Below are positions 53,156-64,000 of a DNA stretch of 64,000 nucleotides, piece after piece. This DNA comes from Octopus sinensis (taxonomy: Eukaryota): positions 115,692,001 to 115,756,000 of the forward strand of contig NC_042999.1 in NCBI RefSeq assembly GCF_006345805.1, read 5' to 3'. The notes below the pieces were generated by a model. That model saw only the letters and a program-made list of their open reading frames with translations. It made no database searches and was not told the DNA's origin. A program made the translations under genes and the position numbers. Position 1 is the stretch's first letter. Each line of letters opens with the position of its first letter.

Positions 53156-53736
53156 GACGGCGGCGAACTGGCATAATCGTTAGTACGCCGGGCGAGATTC
53201 TTAGCGGTATATCGTCTGCCGCTACGTTCTGAGTTCAAATTCTGTCGAGGTCGGCTTCGCCTTTCATCCTTTCGGGGTCGATTAAAATAAGTACCAGTTA
53301 CGCACTGGGGTGGATGTAATCGACTTAATCCGTTTGTCTGTCCTTGTTCGTCCCCTCTGTGTTTAGCCCCTTGTGGGTAGTAAAGAAATAGAAATAGGTA
53401 TATCGTCTGCCTTTACGTTCTGAGTTCAAATTCCACCCAGGTCGTCTTTGCCTTTCATTCTTTCGGGGTCGATTAAATAAGTACCAGTTACGCAGTGGGG
53501 TCGATATAATCGACTTAATCCGTTTGTCTGTCCTTGTTTGTCCTCTCTGTGTTTAGCCCCTTGTGGGTAGTAAAGAAATAGGTATTTCATCTACCGTTAG
53601 GTTTTGTGTTAGAATTGTGTCGAGGTCGACTTTGCCTTTCATCCTTTCGGGGGTCGATAAAATTAGTACCAATTATGTATTGGGGTCTTAATCCCTTCCA
53701 CAACATGAGACCTTGTGCTTCTAGTAGAAAAGATAT
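53156..53736 (+). mobile_element. Trimeric family B SINE with TSD
   Basis: One head, three body units; flanked by agccctgaaca at 53145-53155 and 53737-53747. Confidence 0.9.
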
Positions 53737-53954
53737 AGCCCTGAACAATCAGACTAATGAGGCATTGCAAGCGTGACTATCCCTTCTTTGTCCTACGTGC
53801 AGAGTTTCTTGCAGGTTGAGCGACCTCCTAGAAATAGCAGATATTTTCACTTGCTCAAGAAGGGAGTGATTGTATATGGAGGAGAGGAGTCTTGACTGTG
53901 TCTAGCGTAGTATCGGCTGGGTAGGTACACATTGCTTTCATTATTACTACAATG

Positions 53955-54385
53955 AACTCCTTCTTCTGCTCCTCCTCTTCTTTCTTCTCGACCTCCGCCT
54001 CTTCCTTCATGTTTTTCTTATTCTCCCTCTTCCCACTTACTCCTCCTCTTCCGCCTTGTTTTTCTCCTCCCTTTTCCTATTCTTCTTCCTCCTCCCTATT
54101 TTTCTTCTTTTCCCTCTTCCCCTTCCCCCTCCTCCATCTTGTTTTTCTTCTTCTCCCTCTTCCCCTCCTTCCCCTCCTCCTTGGTCTTGTTTTTCTTACC
54201 CCTCTTCTCCTATTTCTTCTCTCTCCTCTTTGTTTTTCTTCTTCTCCCACTACCTCTTCTCCCTCCTCTCCTTCTTCCGCCTTCTCTTATCCCTTTCTTT
54301 CTTCATCCCCTTCTTCTTCCTCCTCTTCCTCTTATCCCTTCTCTTCTTCTCCTCCCCCCCGTTTCTCCCCCTTCCCTTCTTCATC
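53955..54385. repeat. CT-rich low-complexity tract
   Basis: Nearly pure polypyrimidine strand. Confidence 0.9.
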
Positions 54386-54819
54386 GGCCATGCTGGATGT
54401 TGCGTACATTGTTAAATTTCAGCATTGTGCATTTGTGCTTACGTTAGAAGAGACGTAATACAAAGTAGTGCACGCGTGTGTGTACACACCGATGATGATG
54501 AAATGAAATCTCTTTGGATAATTATACGATATTCCGTCATATAAGAGGACTTAATAAGGAAATCAACTGAGAAAAAATATTCAGTTCAGTTCCGGAGTTT
54601 CAAAGGTAGTGCTTAGTGTTTGTATATGCGAACTGATAGATGTAACTGTTTATAATTCTAACGCTAATCTGATTTCAGTTGGTGAAGAAATCTCAAAATC
54701 CAGAATTGCTCATATTATTAGTTACATTCTATCAAGTCTTACAGTAATCTTCTGTGATTGCTTTGAAGACAAAAAAGTAAAAAAAAAAAAAAAATTCAGT
54801 AGTGGTGGCTGTGTGGATA

Positions 54820-54984
54820 GGCGTAGGAGTGGGTGTGTGGTAAGTAGCTTGCTCACCAACCACATGGTTCCGGGTTTAGTCCCACTGCGTGGTACCTTGG
54901 GCAAGTGTCTTCTACTATAGCCTCGGGCCGACCAAAGCCTTGTGAGTGGATTTGGTAGACGGAAACTGAAAGAAGCCCGTCGTG

Positions 54985-55068
<84 letters not shown>

Positions 55069-55275
55069 ATATGTTTGTGTGTCTGTGCTTGTCCCCCAAC
55101 ATCGCTTGACAACCGATGCTGGTGTGTTTAGGTCCCCGTAACTTAGTGGTTCGGCAAAAGAGACCGACAGAATAAGTACTAGGCGTACAAAGAATAAGTC
55201 CTGGGGTCGATTTGCTCGACTAAAGGCGGTACTCCAGTATGGCCACAGTCAAATGACTGAAACAAGTAAAAGAGA
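54820..55275 (+). mobile_element. Full-length tRNA-derived SINE (family C, CORE-like) with internal (TA)n/(TG)n
   Basis: Head ggcgtaggagtggg.tgtgtggtaag, CORE-like accttgggcaagtgtctt, tail tgactgaaacaagtaaaagag. Confidence 0.88.
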
Positions 55276-55805
55276 GTAGTAAGAATTTCTTCTTCATACA
55301 AAGTACAAGTCTAAACACTTTTGATTTTTCGTTTTGCGCTTATAACATTTGTGTATTTCTGTACATTTTCAACAAGACATAATATGCTCTACTTTCAAAA
55401 GAGATTTTATTTCAAAACTTTCAGTATTATGGTGATGTTTTGTAAATTGAACTTCAGATTAACTTTTATTTGTGGCTTCGCTCAATACCTATCTTTTGTT
55501 AAGCTCTTTAACACTCGAAAAAGACTGTAAAAGATTTCCAAGGAACACCAGCTTCTGTTGCACCTTTGTGCCATTTCAGAAAAACGTAGATAATATGTAG
55601 AAGCACAGTCTAATGCATCTTTACTTTGTTTTAGTTCCGTGAAGACGTTGTCATGGACATAGATCACCCCTGCTGTTAAATTTACTATTGGAAATACGTA
55701 TTTGCCCCTGTACCGGGAAGTTAATAAGGTAGTGATTGCATATATGGATTTATATGTATAACATCGTTCCTATTTCTCGTGTTAATTAGATTTTTGCTGG
55801 GGATG

Positions 55806-55905
<100 letters not shown>

Positions 55906-56289
55906 CACACATACATCAATATGTGTGTGTGTTTAAATTAATAATTGACTGACAAAAAGAACAGGAGTTATGCAATCCTTTTCATTAGTTTACAGTTGTT
56001 CCTTCTATCATGAACCCTCTACTCTACGTCATTCTAAACAACAACCACGATAGCTTTCTGTATACTTTATTAAAAAATCAACTGCTTATTGGTACCAATA
56101 TGGCCAAACAGAATCATAATGTATGTGTGTGTGTGTGTAATGAAAAAGTGGTCATAAATTGTTAACTGACAAAGGTAATTCAAATCACATTCATTACTAT
56201 AGTAACTCATCCTCTATAGTAACTCTTCTTCCTGTTCTTCATTAGAAGCATATAATGGGACCCGAGCAAAAAGCAACGTGCCGAGATTG

Positions 56290-56795
56290 AGTTCTTGGCG
56301 AAAGATGGATACATGCTATCCGATATCTACAGAAAGCTGTAGGTTGTCTACGAATATGATAGTATTGTGCACAGATCAGTTGCGATCATTGTCATGAATC
56401 GTCAGTGAATGGACGAAATGATTCGTGCGGGCAGATGAGTCACAACTCTTGAGCTTGTTGCACAAATGACCTCTGGTCACAATACATTATAGATGATGTA
56501 AGACTTTCGATAAATGGATACTGCAGTAGTTAACATAAAATTTGTAAGAGAGAAGAGCAGATTTCTGCTAGAATCATTTGAAGCCAATGAAAACACGTTT
56601 TTTTCTTCCCTAATTGATGATTGGAGACGAAACGTGGGCGTATCTTTATCATCTGGAAACGGAGGTTCAGTCCATAGAATGGCGTCTCACCTCTTCTCGG
56701 ATGTGTAAAAAGTTCGAGAGCCAGCGGTCAGTACAGAAAGCCTTAGTGGATGTTGTTTAGACTGACAACGGTGTTATTCTCCAAATTTGGTGATG
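56290..56795 (+). mobile_element. Highly decayed mariner fragment
   Basis: IGDETWA, then SIEWR..KKF. Confidence 0.55.
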
Positions 56796-56799
56796 TAGT

Positions 56800-57678
56800 A
56801 CCCCTTGGAAGACCTTCGGACACCTCCATGAGCTAGGCCACCAGTTCGGCCTTGGTGTTTCAAGCAGAGCAGTTGTATTTTTTAATCGCACCCCACATAC
56901 AGTAATCCATGGGATGGCAATCAGAGAAATTAGGAGGTCAGAAATTGGTGCAGGTGAAGTCGTAGAAATTCTCCGACAACCGCTGCTGACTCTTTCCGGG
57001 GGAATAGCAAGGAACCTAACCCGACTGTTACATATATGGTCATATAGCAGCAAACCTCTGCGCAGCAGCTCTACATAACCTCTGATTTAAGCCGAAGACT
57101 CTATTCAAATGTGTGGGACGGCATGATGTTCTACTCAAAACACCTATATCCCTTCCTGCTGTCCACAGCTTCTTAGTCTTCGTTGCAGCTGTCCTTGTCA
57201 TATCTTACAGCCTTTACAGTGTAAACAGAGCATTGAACAGCTATCATGATGTTAGTGTTTGGATACCCGGCGCGAATTATCATGATAAAGGTAACTCTTT
57301 CTTAATATTCAGATGGCTTGAGGCGGTGAGCTAGGAGAATCGTTAGGGTTCCGGAAAATGCTTAGCGGTATTTCGTCCGTTTTCACATTCTGTATTCAAA
57401 TTCCACTGAGGGCGACTATAGATTTCATCCTTTCAGGGTCAGTAAAATAAGTACCGGTCGAACACTGGGATGATGTAATCGATCTAACCCCTCCCCCAAA
57501 ATAGCAGGCCTTGTCCGAAAAAATTTGAAACCACTATTCCCGTCCTCCATATCAACTAATTTTTTCTGAACTAGAGCTAATCTTTTTGCTCTCCAACGCC
57601 ATTCACTGTTCACCAATACATCAGCCGTTTCTGTAAAAAGGAAACCTAAAAATCGTCAAATTTAGTTTGAACACCCTA
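56800..57678 (-). mobile_element. Decayed maT-like element interrupted by a family B SINE (57320-57530)
   Basis: Minus strand PPNFSDCHPMDY..WGAI..TKAELV; end acaccctata resembles the caccctg end of 26159-27023. Confidence 0.55.
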
Positions 57679-58409
57679 TATATGTATGTGTGTGTGTGCG
57701 TGCGTGTGTGTGTGCGCACATATGCATGTATATATTTATATTGATACACACAAAAAATAGACAAAGTCGGCATGACTACGGAAACTACACGACGTGCTAA
57801 AGGGCAAAAGCTCGCTCGATCTCGATTTTCAGTATGAAATTCAATATGATGCTCAAGTTAAGAAAGGAATGTTTTCAGTTAGCAAGTAACACAATTTAAG
57901 AAACTAGTTGTGTGTACTTATTCCTAAGCTCATAAATATTTATTCCGAATGCATTGAATATCAATACAAAATGCCATTTATCTAATTTAATAAAAACGTA
58001 AATATAGTTACATATTTAAAGGGCACCTAACTTCTTATCTTCTTGAATAAATGCGCCCTTCAGAAAATTTTATCAAGCAAGGAGCAGAACAATGGCGCAC
58101 ATCTTATAACATAATACATACAGACACACAGACACATATATCGTATTTGATATATATCATACGCACACATGCAAATACACGTGCACGCGTACGCACGTAC
58201 ATACACACACACACGCGCACGCACATATATTAGTGGTCCTAATTACCTGCAGGCGATTAGCATTCATTCTTAGGGTGGAGGGAATAATTTCAATAAATCG
58301 CGAATTTACGTTGCGTGGCATTTAATATAACCTCATTCACCTTTGTTGTTCAAATACATGCCATGAGCTATTTTCATTTTCGTTTGCATCACTTGTACGC
58401 GCGCACGCA

Positions 58410-58440
<31 letters not shown>

Positions 58441-58932
58441 TCATATGTATGTGCATTCACACAAATACAGGCACTCATGCATAAACGAATACACACACAC
58501 ATACATACAAATATGTACAACCAAGCCCAGAGCGGAACTGAGTAGATAGTCAATTTTTGATGTAATAAACATTTCAATCTACTCTCCCCAACATACTGAG
58601 TTCTATATCAGATAATGTTTGGGCTACATAAAATATGTGATCGTGGTTTCAATTCCTGTTTCAATTCCTCGTTCAGTTCCTTGGTGTGTTGTGTTCTTGA
58701 GCACAACACTATATCTCACATTGCTCTGCGATCACTTCAACACTTGACATGTGGTACATCGTACACTTGTTCAGGCAACGTCTATTCGATAGATGGAGTG
58801 AGCATACATCCGATCACAATAAACAAATCATTTCTGCAGGTTGTCCAGCAAGAAATTGCAGAACCGTCTTTTTCGGACTAGGAAAGACTACCATCAAAAA
58901 CAAAGTATGTTTTTAATATATTTTACAACTAA

Positions 58933-59450
58933 GTCGGTGAGCTGACAGAAACGTTAACACGCCGGGCGAAATGCTTAGCGGTATTTCGTCTGTCTTTACG
59001 TTCTGAGTTCAAATTCCGCCGAGGTCGACTTTGCCTTTCATCCTTTCGGGGTAGATAAATTAAGTATCAGTTACGACTTAATCCGTTTGTCTGTCCTTGT
59101 TTGTTCTCTCTGTGTTTAGCCCCTTGTGGGTAGTAAAAAATAGGTATTTCGTCTGACGCTACGTTCTGAGTTCAAATTCCGCCAAGGTCGACTTTGCTTT
59201 TCATCCTTTCGGGGTCGATTAAATAAGTACCAGTTACGCACTGGGGTCGATATAATCGACTTAAACCGTTTGTCTGTTCTTGTTTGTTCCCTCTGTGTGT
59301 AGCCCCTTGTGGGTAATAAAGAAATAGGTATTTCGTGTCTTTACGTTCTGAGTTCAAATTCCGCCATGGTCGACTTTGTCTTTCGGGGTTGATAGATTTA
59401 GTACCACTTACGTACTGGGGTCGATGTAATAGACTGCCCCCTTCCCCCAA
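58933..59450 (+). mobile_element. Trimeric family B SINE
   Basis: Same head plus three body units as 53156-53736. Confidence 0.88.
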
Positions 59451-59979
59451 AAGTAGGGAAGAATATATTTTACAACTCTTACATTACGACAGGTGTGTAT
59501 GTATGTATAAATAATTTATTGTCAAGAAAAACATTTTAAACTACTGTTTGTATTAAAAACGCAGGTGCATTTTCAACCCCCAAACCGTTTGTGTGCGTGT
59601 GTACGTATATGTGTGTGCGCGCGCGTGTGTTATTGTCTCTATACACACATATTTATTATGCATACATACATATATTTATGCGTACAGACGTATATATATA
59701 CAAATACAACGTTCCATCAATCCACCCGTGAATACATCATAGATACATAAATATATTTTGCGATTCATTCTTTGGTTATTTGACTTTATTAATTACATGG
59801 CAGTCAAACAATATATCGACACATGTTGCTGGCTTGATAATGATTTCGTTTCATATGGAAGTTAGCAAATGTGAAGGCTCGAGGTGATTACGAGACAGAG
59901 CATTAATGAATTAAAGTGATGAAACAAAATAAAAATATAAAAATTTATAAAGAAAAACAGAAAAAGAAAATGTTCATTT

Positions 59980-60880
59980 TCCGAGGATACAAGATTTATT
60001 TATCCCTATGCCAACCGGGAATGGAAGTGGGGGTGGAACTGCAGTATTGTTTCGGAAAGGTTTGGGTCTAAAGATAAGGGCTATCTTCTTGGACCCAGAA
60101 AGTAAATTGGTGATTTTTGATGTGAACAGTAGCGACGGGTATGCTTTCAGATTAGTGGCTGTTTATGCTCCGGCATGGACCAGTCACCCGGATTTCTTCA
60201 GATCTCTGGAAGTTATCCTGTGAACGTCTCAACCTTTAGAGCTAATGGGTAACTTGAATGCCAGCTTCAAAGGATGCACCTGTGGGGCTAGCTGTTAGAA
60301 TAGGGGATGCAAAAGCGTCGCAAACCTGCTCAGACGTTTTCAACTATTTGACAGGTACTGACTGGATTTCCTGAAAGTGCCTGTGGACGAACCGCATCGG
60401 GTTATCTAAGTCATATCTAGATTTAGTACTCTTTAGGCCAATAGATAAAGGTAGCATAAATTGTTAACTTTTTAAAATCGTCGGCTACACAAACTTGTTA
60501 TCTGCGCTGACGACTTAGATAAAATTTTTAAGTAGGGACCCGGCTACCGGAAGCTGAACTTGTCACTCCCAGCATGCGAGGCTTACAAAGACCGGATTAC
60601 ATAATTAGATAAGCGGGCGTTGATGGGATCAAGCGTTAACAACAAATGGAAGATTGGTCTGAAAAAAGCAACTGGAATAGAATCCATTAGGCTAAGTAAG
60701 ACAGAAAGAAAAAGAAAGAAAATAGAGGCCCGTAAGAAAGACATCGCAACTGACGTACACGCGGTGAGATTGGCCCTTGACCAATTATTCAAAGCTAAAA
60801 ACGTAGGATGTAATGTGAGAGCTAAAACTCGGGCTCTAAGAAACGAGGGAACTAAAGCCGCTCGATGGGCCGAATCGTGC
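59980..60880 (+). pseudogene. L1/Tx1-type LINE ORF2 fragment (APE endonuclease)
   Basis: GGGTAVLF..RLVAVYAP..DFF (ORF 60008-60223), LMGNLN, SYLD, GPGYRKLN. Confidence 0.75.
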
Positions 60881-60935
60881 CTTTTCCAGTACAGTCCCCA
60901 TGGTTTTTTGGTGAAGCCTTAGTGGTAAATAAAAA

Positions 60936-60993
<58 letters not shown>

Positions 60994-60996
<3 letters not shown>

Positions 60997-61370
60997 TAGT
61001 CTTATTTTTATCACGTGCTTTCACTCCACTACCGAGAGCAGCTCTGTGTACCTTGGGTATGTGCTGTGGTTTGTTATGATGCTCTTATTGTTACTGTACT
61101 GAAAGTGTTTTTCGAAGGATGTGTGCTGTGCTTATTAGTGCTATTTTCTGTTTGTTATGTATATTTGCAAGACCTGGTGTATTTGTTATGCAGTTATGTA
61201 TTTGTCTGAATTTTTTTTTATCATACCTAATGCGCCTACTACGATAAGAATTGTTTCTGTTTCTAAACTCCACATTTGAATATTTTGTCTTGTGAAAGTT
61301 TCTCTGTTTCTTTTAGAGAAACATAGCCATCTGTTAAAAGTTTCTCCATTTCTTTAAGAGAAACACTGCT
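60994..61370 (-). mobile_element. R4/Dong family 1 3' fragment
   Basis: VSLKEMEKL, QKIALISTAHILRKTLSVQ*; same 3' UTR as 6649-7110; (TAA)n on both sides. Confidence 0.88.
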
Positions 61371-61371
61371 A

Positions 61372-61453
<82 letters not shown>

Positions 61454-62385
61454 ATAATCTTATTCTTATTATGCCTTCACTGCACTACCGAACGCAGCTG
61501 TGTGTACCTTGGGTATTTTCTTTGGTTTGTTTTGGTGTTGTTATTTTTACTGTACTGAAAGTGCTTTGCGTAGGATGTGTGCAGTGCCAGGTAGAGCTAT
61601 CTTCTGTATGTTATATATATATATATATATATATATTCCTAAGTCCTGGTGTTTTGGTTATGCGTTTGTCTGTATGTTTTTTAATCATATCTAATGCACT
61701 TATCATTATAAGGATTGTTACTATTTTTAATCCCCACATTTGGGTTATTTCTATTTCTAGATCTTTGTATTTTGAGAGTTTCTTCACTTCTTTTAGAGAT
61801 ACATCATTATCTGTTGGAATTGGCACGTCGATTAGAAGGTATGCTTTTCTTGATGATCTTTGACAACTATATCCGGTCTATTAACTTTGATCTTTCTATC
61901 TTTGTGTATTGGCATAGCCCAGAGTATGGTTGCTTTGTCATTTTCTGAGATCTTTTCTGGGATATGCTTGTACCATCTTTCTTCTGTGGTCATTCCATCA
62001 TGTTGGCATAGCTTCCAGCGTATATAGGTCCCAACTCTGTGGATATATTCCTTCTTAGCTATAACTGGACAACCAGAGTCAATATGATTTCTTTCTTTCT
62101 TCCCCATCACATATTCTGCAGCTACTTGTATTTTTCTTCATTATATGTTTCTGGTGGGGAGGCTTTGGCCTTGTGCCGCAATTAAAATCCTTCAGCATCT
62201 CAACCTTTGTTGGGATTTTACTTTGTCTATTTCTTTTCTGTTTAGCTTATCCTAGTATTGTTCTGTAAGTGGTTTCTTGCCATCGTTTTATCATGGTAGT
62301 TTGTTGTACCAGTTTAGATTTCAGGTGCTTTGCAGCTTTTGTTGTTTGCCCTTTATCTTCATAGTTGTCAGGTACAATCATCTCT

Positions 62386-63015
62386 GTAGTAAAGATTGTT
62401 TGCCAACATAACATAGCAGTCCTGGTTTAGGACTAATGTTGCTGTAATTTTAGCCGTAGGAGACATCGTCTCCAGCTGGCTATACGACACAATCTCTGTC
62501 CTTATATTTTTGAACAAGGGAATCTAGTATCCCCTCCTAGCTCATAACAATATCTGTATATCGCGATTTCTGGGTTATTTCTCATGATCAGTACAGAATA
62601 ATTGCTCAGCTAATTCCCGTTCGAAATATATAGTTTTCAGTGACAACTAATCACTGATTTATAAATTAGAAAATTACTATTTTTAAAATCTCACAACGTG
62701 AGATATTCAGCAACAGTACTTTGTAGTAAAGATTGTTTGCCAATATAACTTAGCAGACCAGGTTTAGAACTAATGTTGCTGTAATTTTAAATATTGTTTT
62801 GAGCTGAGTGGAGATGCTAGATTCCCTTGTTCGAAAATGTAAGGACACAGATCATGTCGTATAGCCAGCTGGAGAGGATGTCCCCTGCGGCTAAAATTAC
62901 AGCAACATTAGTCCTAAACCAGGACTGCCATGTTATGTTGGCAAACAATCTTTGCTACTAAGTACTGTTGCTGAATATCTCACGTTGTGAGATTTTAAAA
63001 ATAGTAATTTTCTAA
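62386..63015. mobile_element. Non-coding retrozyme/Penelope-pLTR-like insertion: 337-nt unit, partial tandem copy and inverted copy, with TSD
   Basis: gtagtaaagattgtttgcc occurs at 62386 and 62723; 62791-63015 is inverted; TSD acaatcatctct (62374-62385) / actatcatctct (63016-63027). Confidence 0.88.
62553..62597 (-). ncRNA. Minimal type I hammerhead (one core substitution)
   Basis: Minus strand: TCTGTA-CTGATCA-TGAG-AAATAA-CCCA-GAAA-TCGCGA-TA^TACAGA. 6-bp stem I, palindromic ATCGCGAT stem III. Confidence 0.8.
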
Positions 63016-64000
63016 ACTATCATCTCTTTCTTGTAGTTTTTGGCTAGCATTAATTTTGTTTTGCTCTTGTTTTGTGGTAATTTTACCAGTTTTCCTTGGT
63101 TCTGAGTTATTTCTGTAATCCTGTAGTAGTTATTTTATAGTATTTTTTTAGTTGTATAAGGCCTCTACCACCTGCAATTCGTTGTATATATAACCTTTCT
63201 GTAACAAGCTTAGGATGGTGTATTCTAAATTCCATCATTCCTTTTCTTGTTTTCTTGTCAAGTTTAGTTAGTTCATTTAGTGTCCAATGAAGAATATTTG
63301 CCTACTAATTTCGTTAAGGATTGACAGATTCTTTTCTTTTCTTTTTTTTTTTGGTGGGGGGGGGGATATTATTTTTCCATAGCGGTTTTTTGTGACACTC
63401 CTATTCGGATGGGTTTGAGGGAACATCAAGTTATTTTTTGTGGTCTCAGAGGCTGCTGCATATATTATTTCATTTAGTCTGGTCATATTGTCGTTATTTG
63501 TTTCTGTTGTGATTAGTTCTGTGACAGCCGGGTTTATGCTTTCTATTATTGTTGCTGTTTTGTTATCAACTTGAATGTTTGGCAGGTACAGTCGGTGTTC
63601 CGTATTGTGTTCTGTGGTCTTTAATTCCTTGATTATACTCATTTTTAAAGAATCATAATCACGGTTTTCGCCTTCATTGTTTTCAATTTTTAGTTTTGTT
63701 CCACATTCCTACCCGTTTATATTTTTGGCTGTGGTGTTCTTGTTTGGTGCATTTTGATTATCATTATGCATTCCTAGGGTTTGGGTTTGTTGTGTTTCGT
63801 TACTTCATTTTTGCTGTACATGTTACGTCTATTTTCGTGTTTTTCAACCTCAGTACTTATATTATTGATAGGTTGTTGATCTATGGGCACTATTTGCGTT
63901 TTCGTGGAGTATTTTTCCTTTTAAGTTCTCTATTTCGATTTCTGATATCTTTTTTGTTTTGGGAATGTATCTCCTTATGTTGACTAGTTTGTTAGGGTTT

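Larger units (their letters stand above)
61452..64000 (-). mobile_element. R4/Dong family 1 element, internally deleted and interrupted at 62386-63015
   Basis: ORFs 61832-62110 (HIDSGC, NRPDIVV) and 61611-61826 (KLSKYKDLEIE); 63020-64000 is probably upstream ORF sequence; 3' end in (TAA)n. Confidence 0.8.

Overview
AT-rich, microsatellite-dense animal DNA, most likely an octopod cephalopod (inferred from the SINE families and the repeat landscape). No host protein-coding gene can be supported; most supplied ORFs are translated microsatellites. The window is a nest of decayed mobile elements: R4/Dong-like RLE LINEs (two families, next to (TAA)n and (TACA)n tracts), Penelope-like RT/GIY-YIG relics, mariner (DD34D) and maT-like (DD37D) transposons, MITEs, a Tx1/L1-type endonuclease fragment and three tRNA-derived SINE families. 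The most striking signal, invisible in the ORF track, is about a dozen type I hammerhead ribozyme (HHR) motifs from many unrelated sequence families. They sit in short non-coding tandem/inverted (fold-back) cassettes, including two retrozyme-like elements with ~305-nt and ~337-nt monomers, one bounded by a 12-bp target-site duplication. All alignments, folds and coordinates were read by eye.
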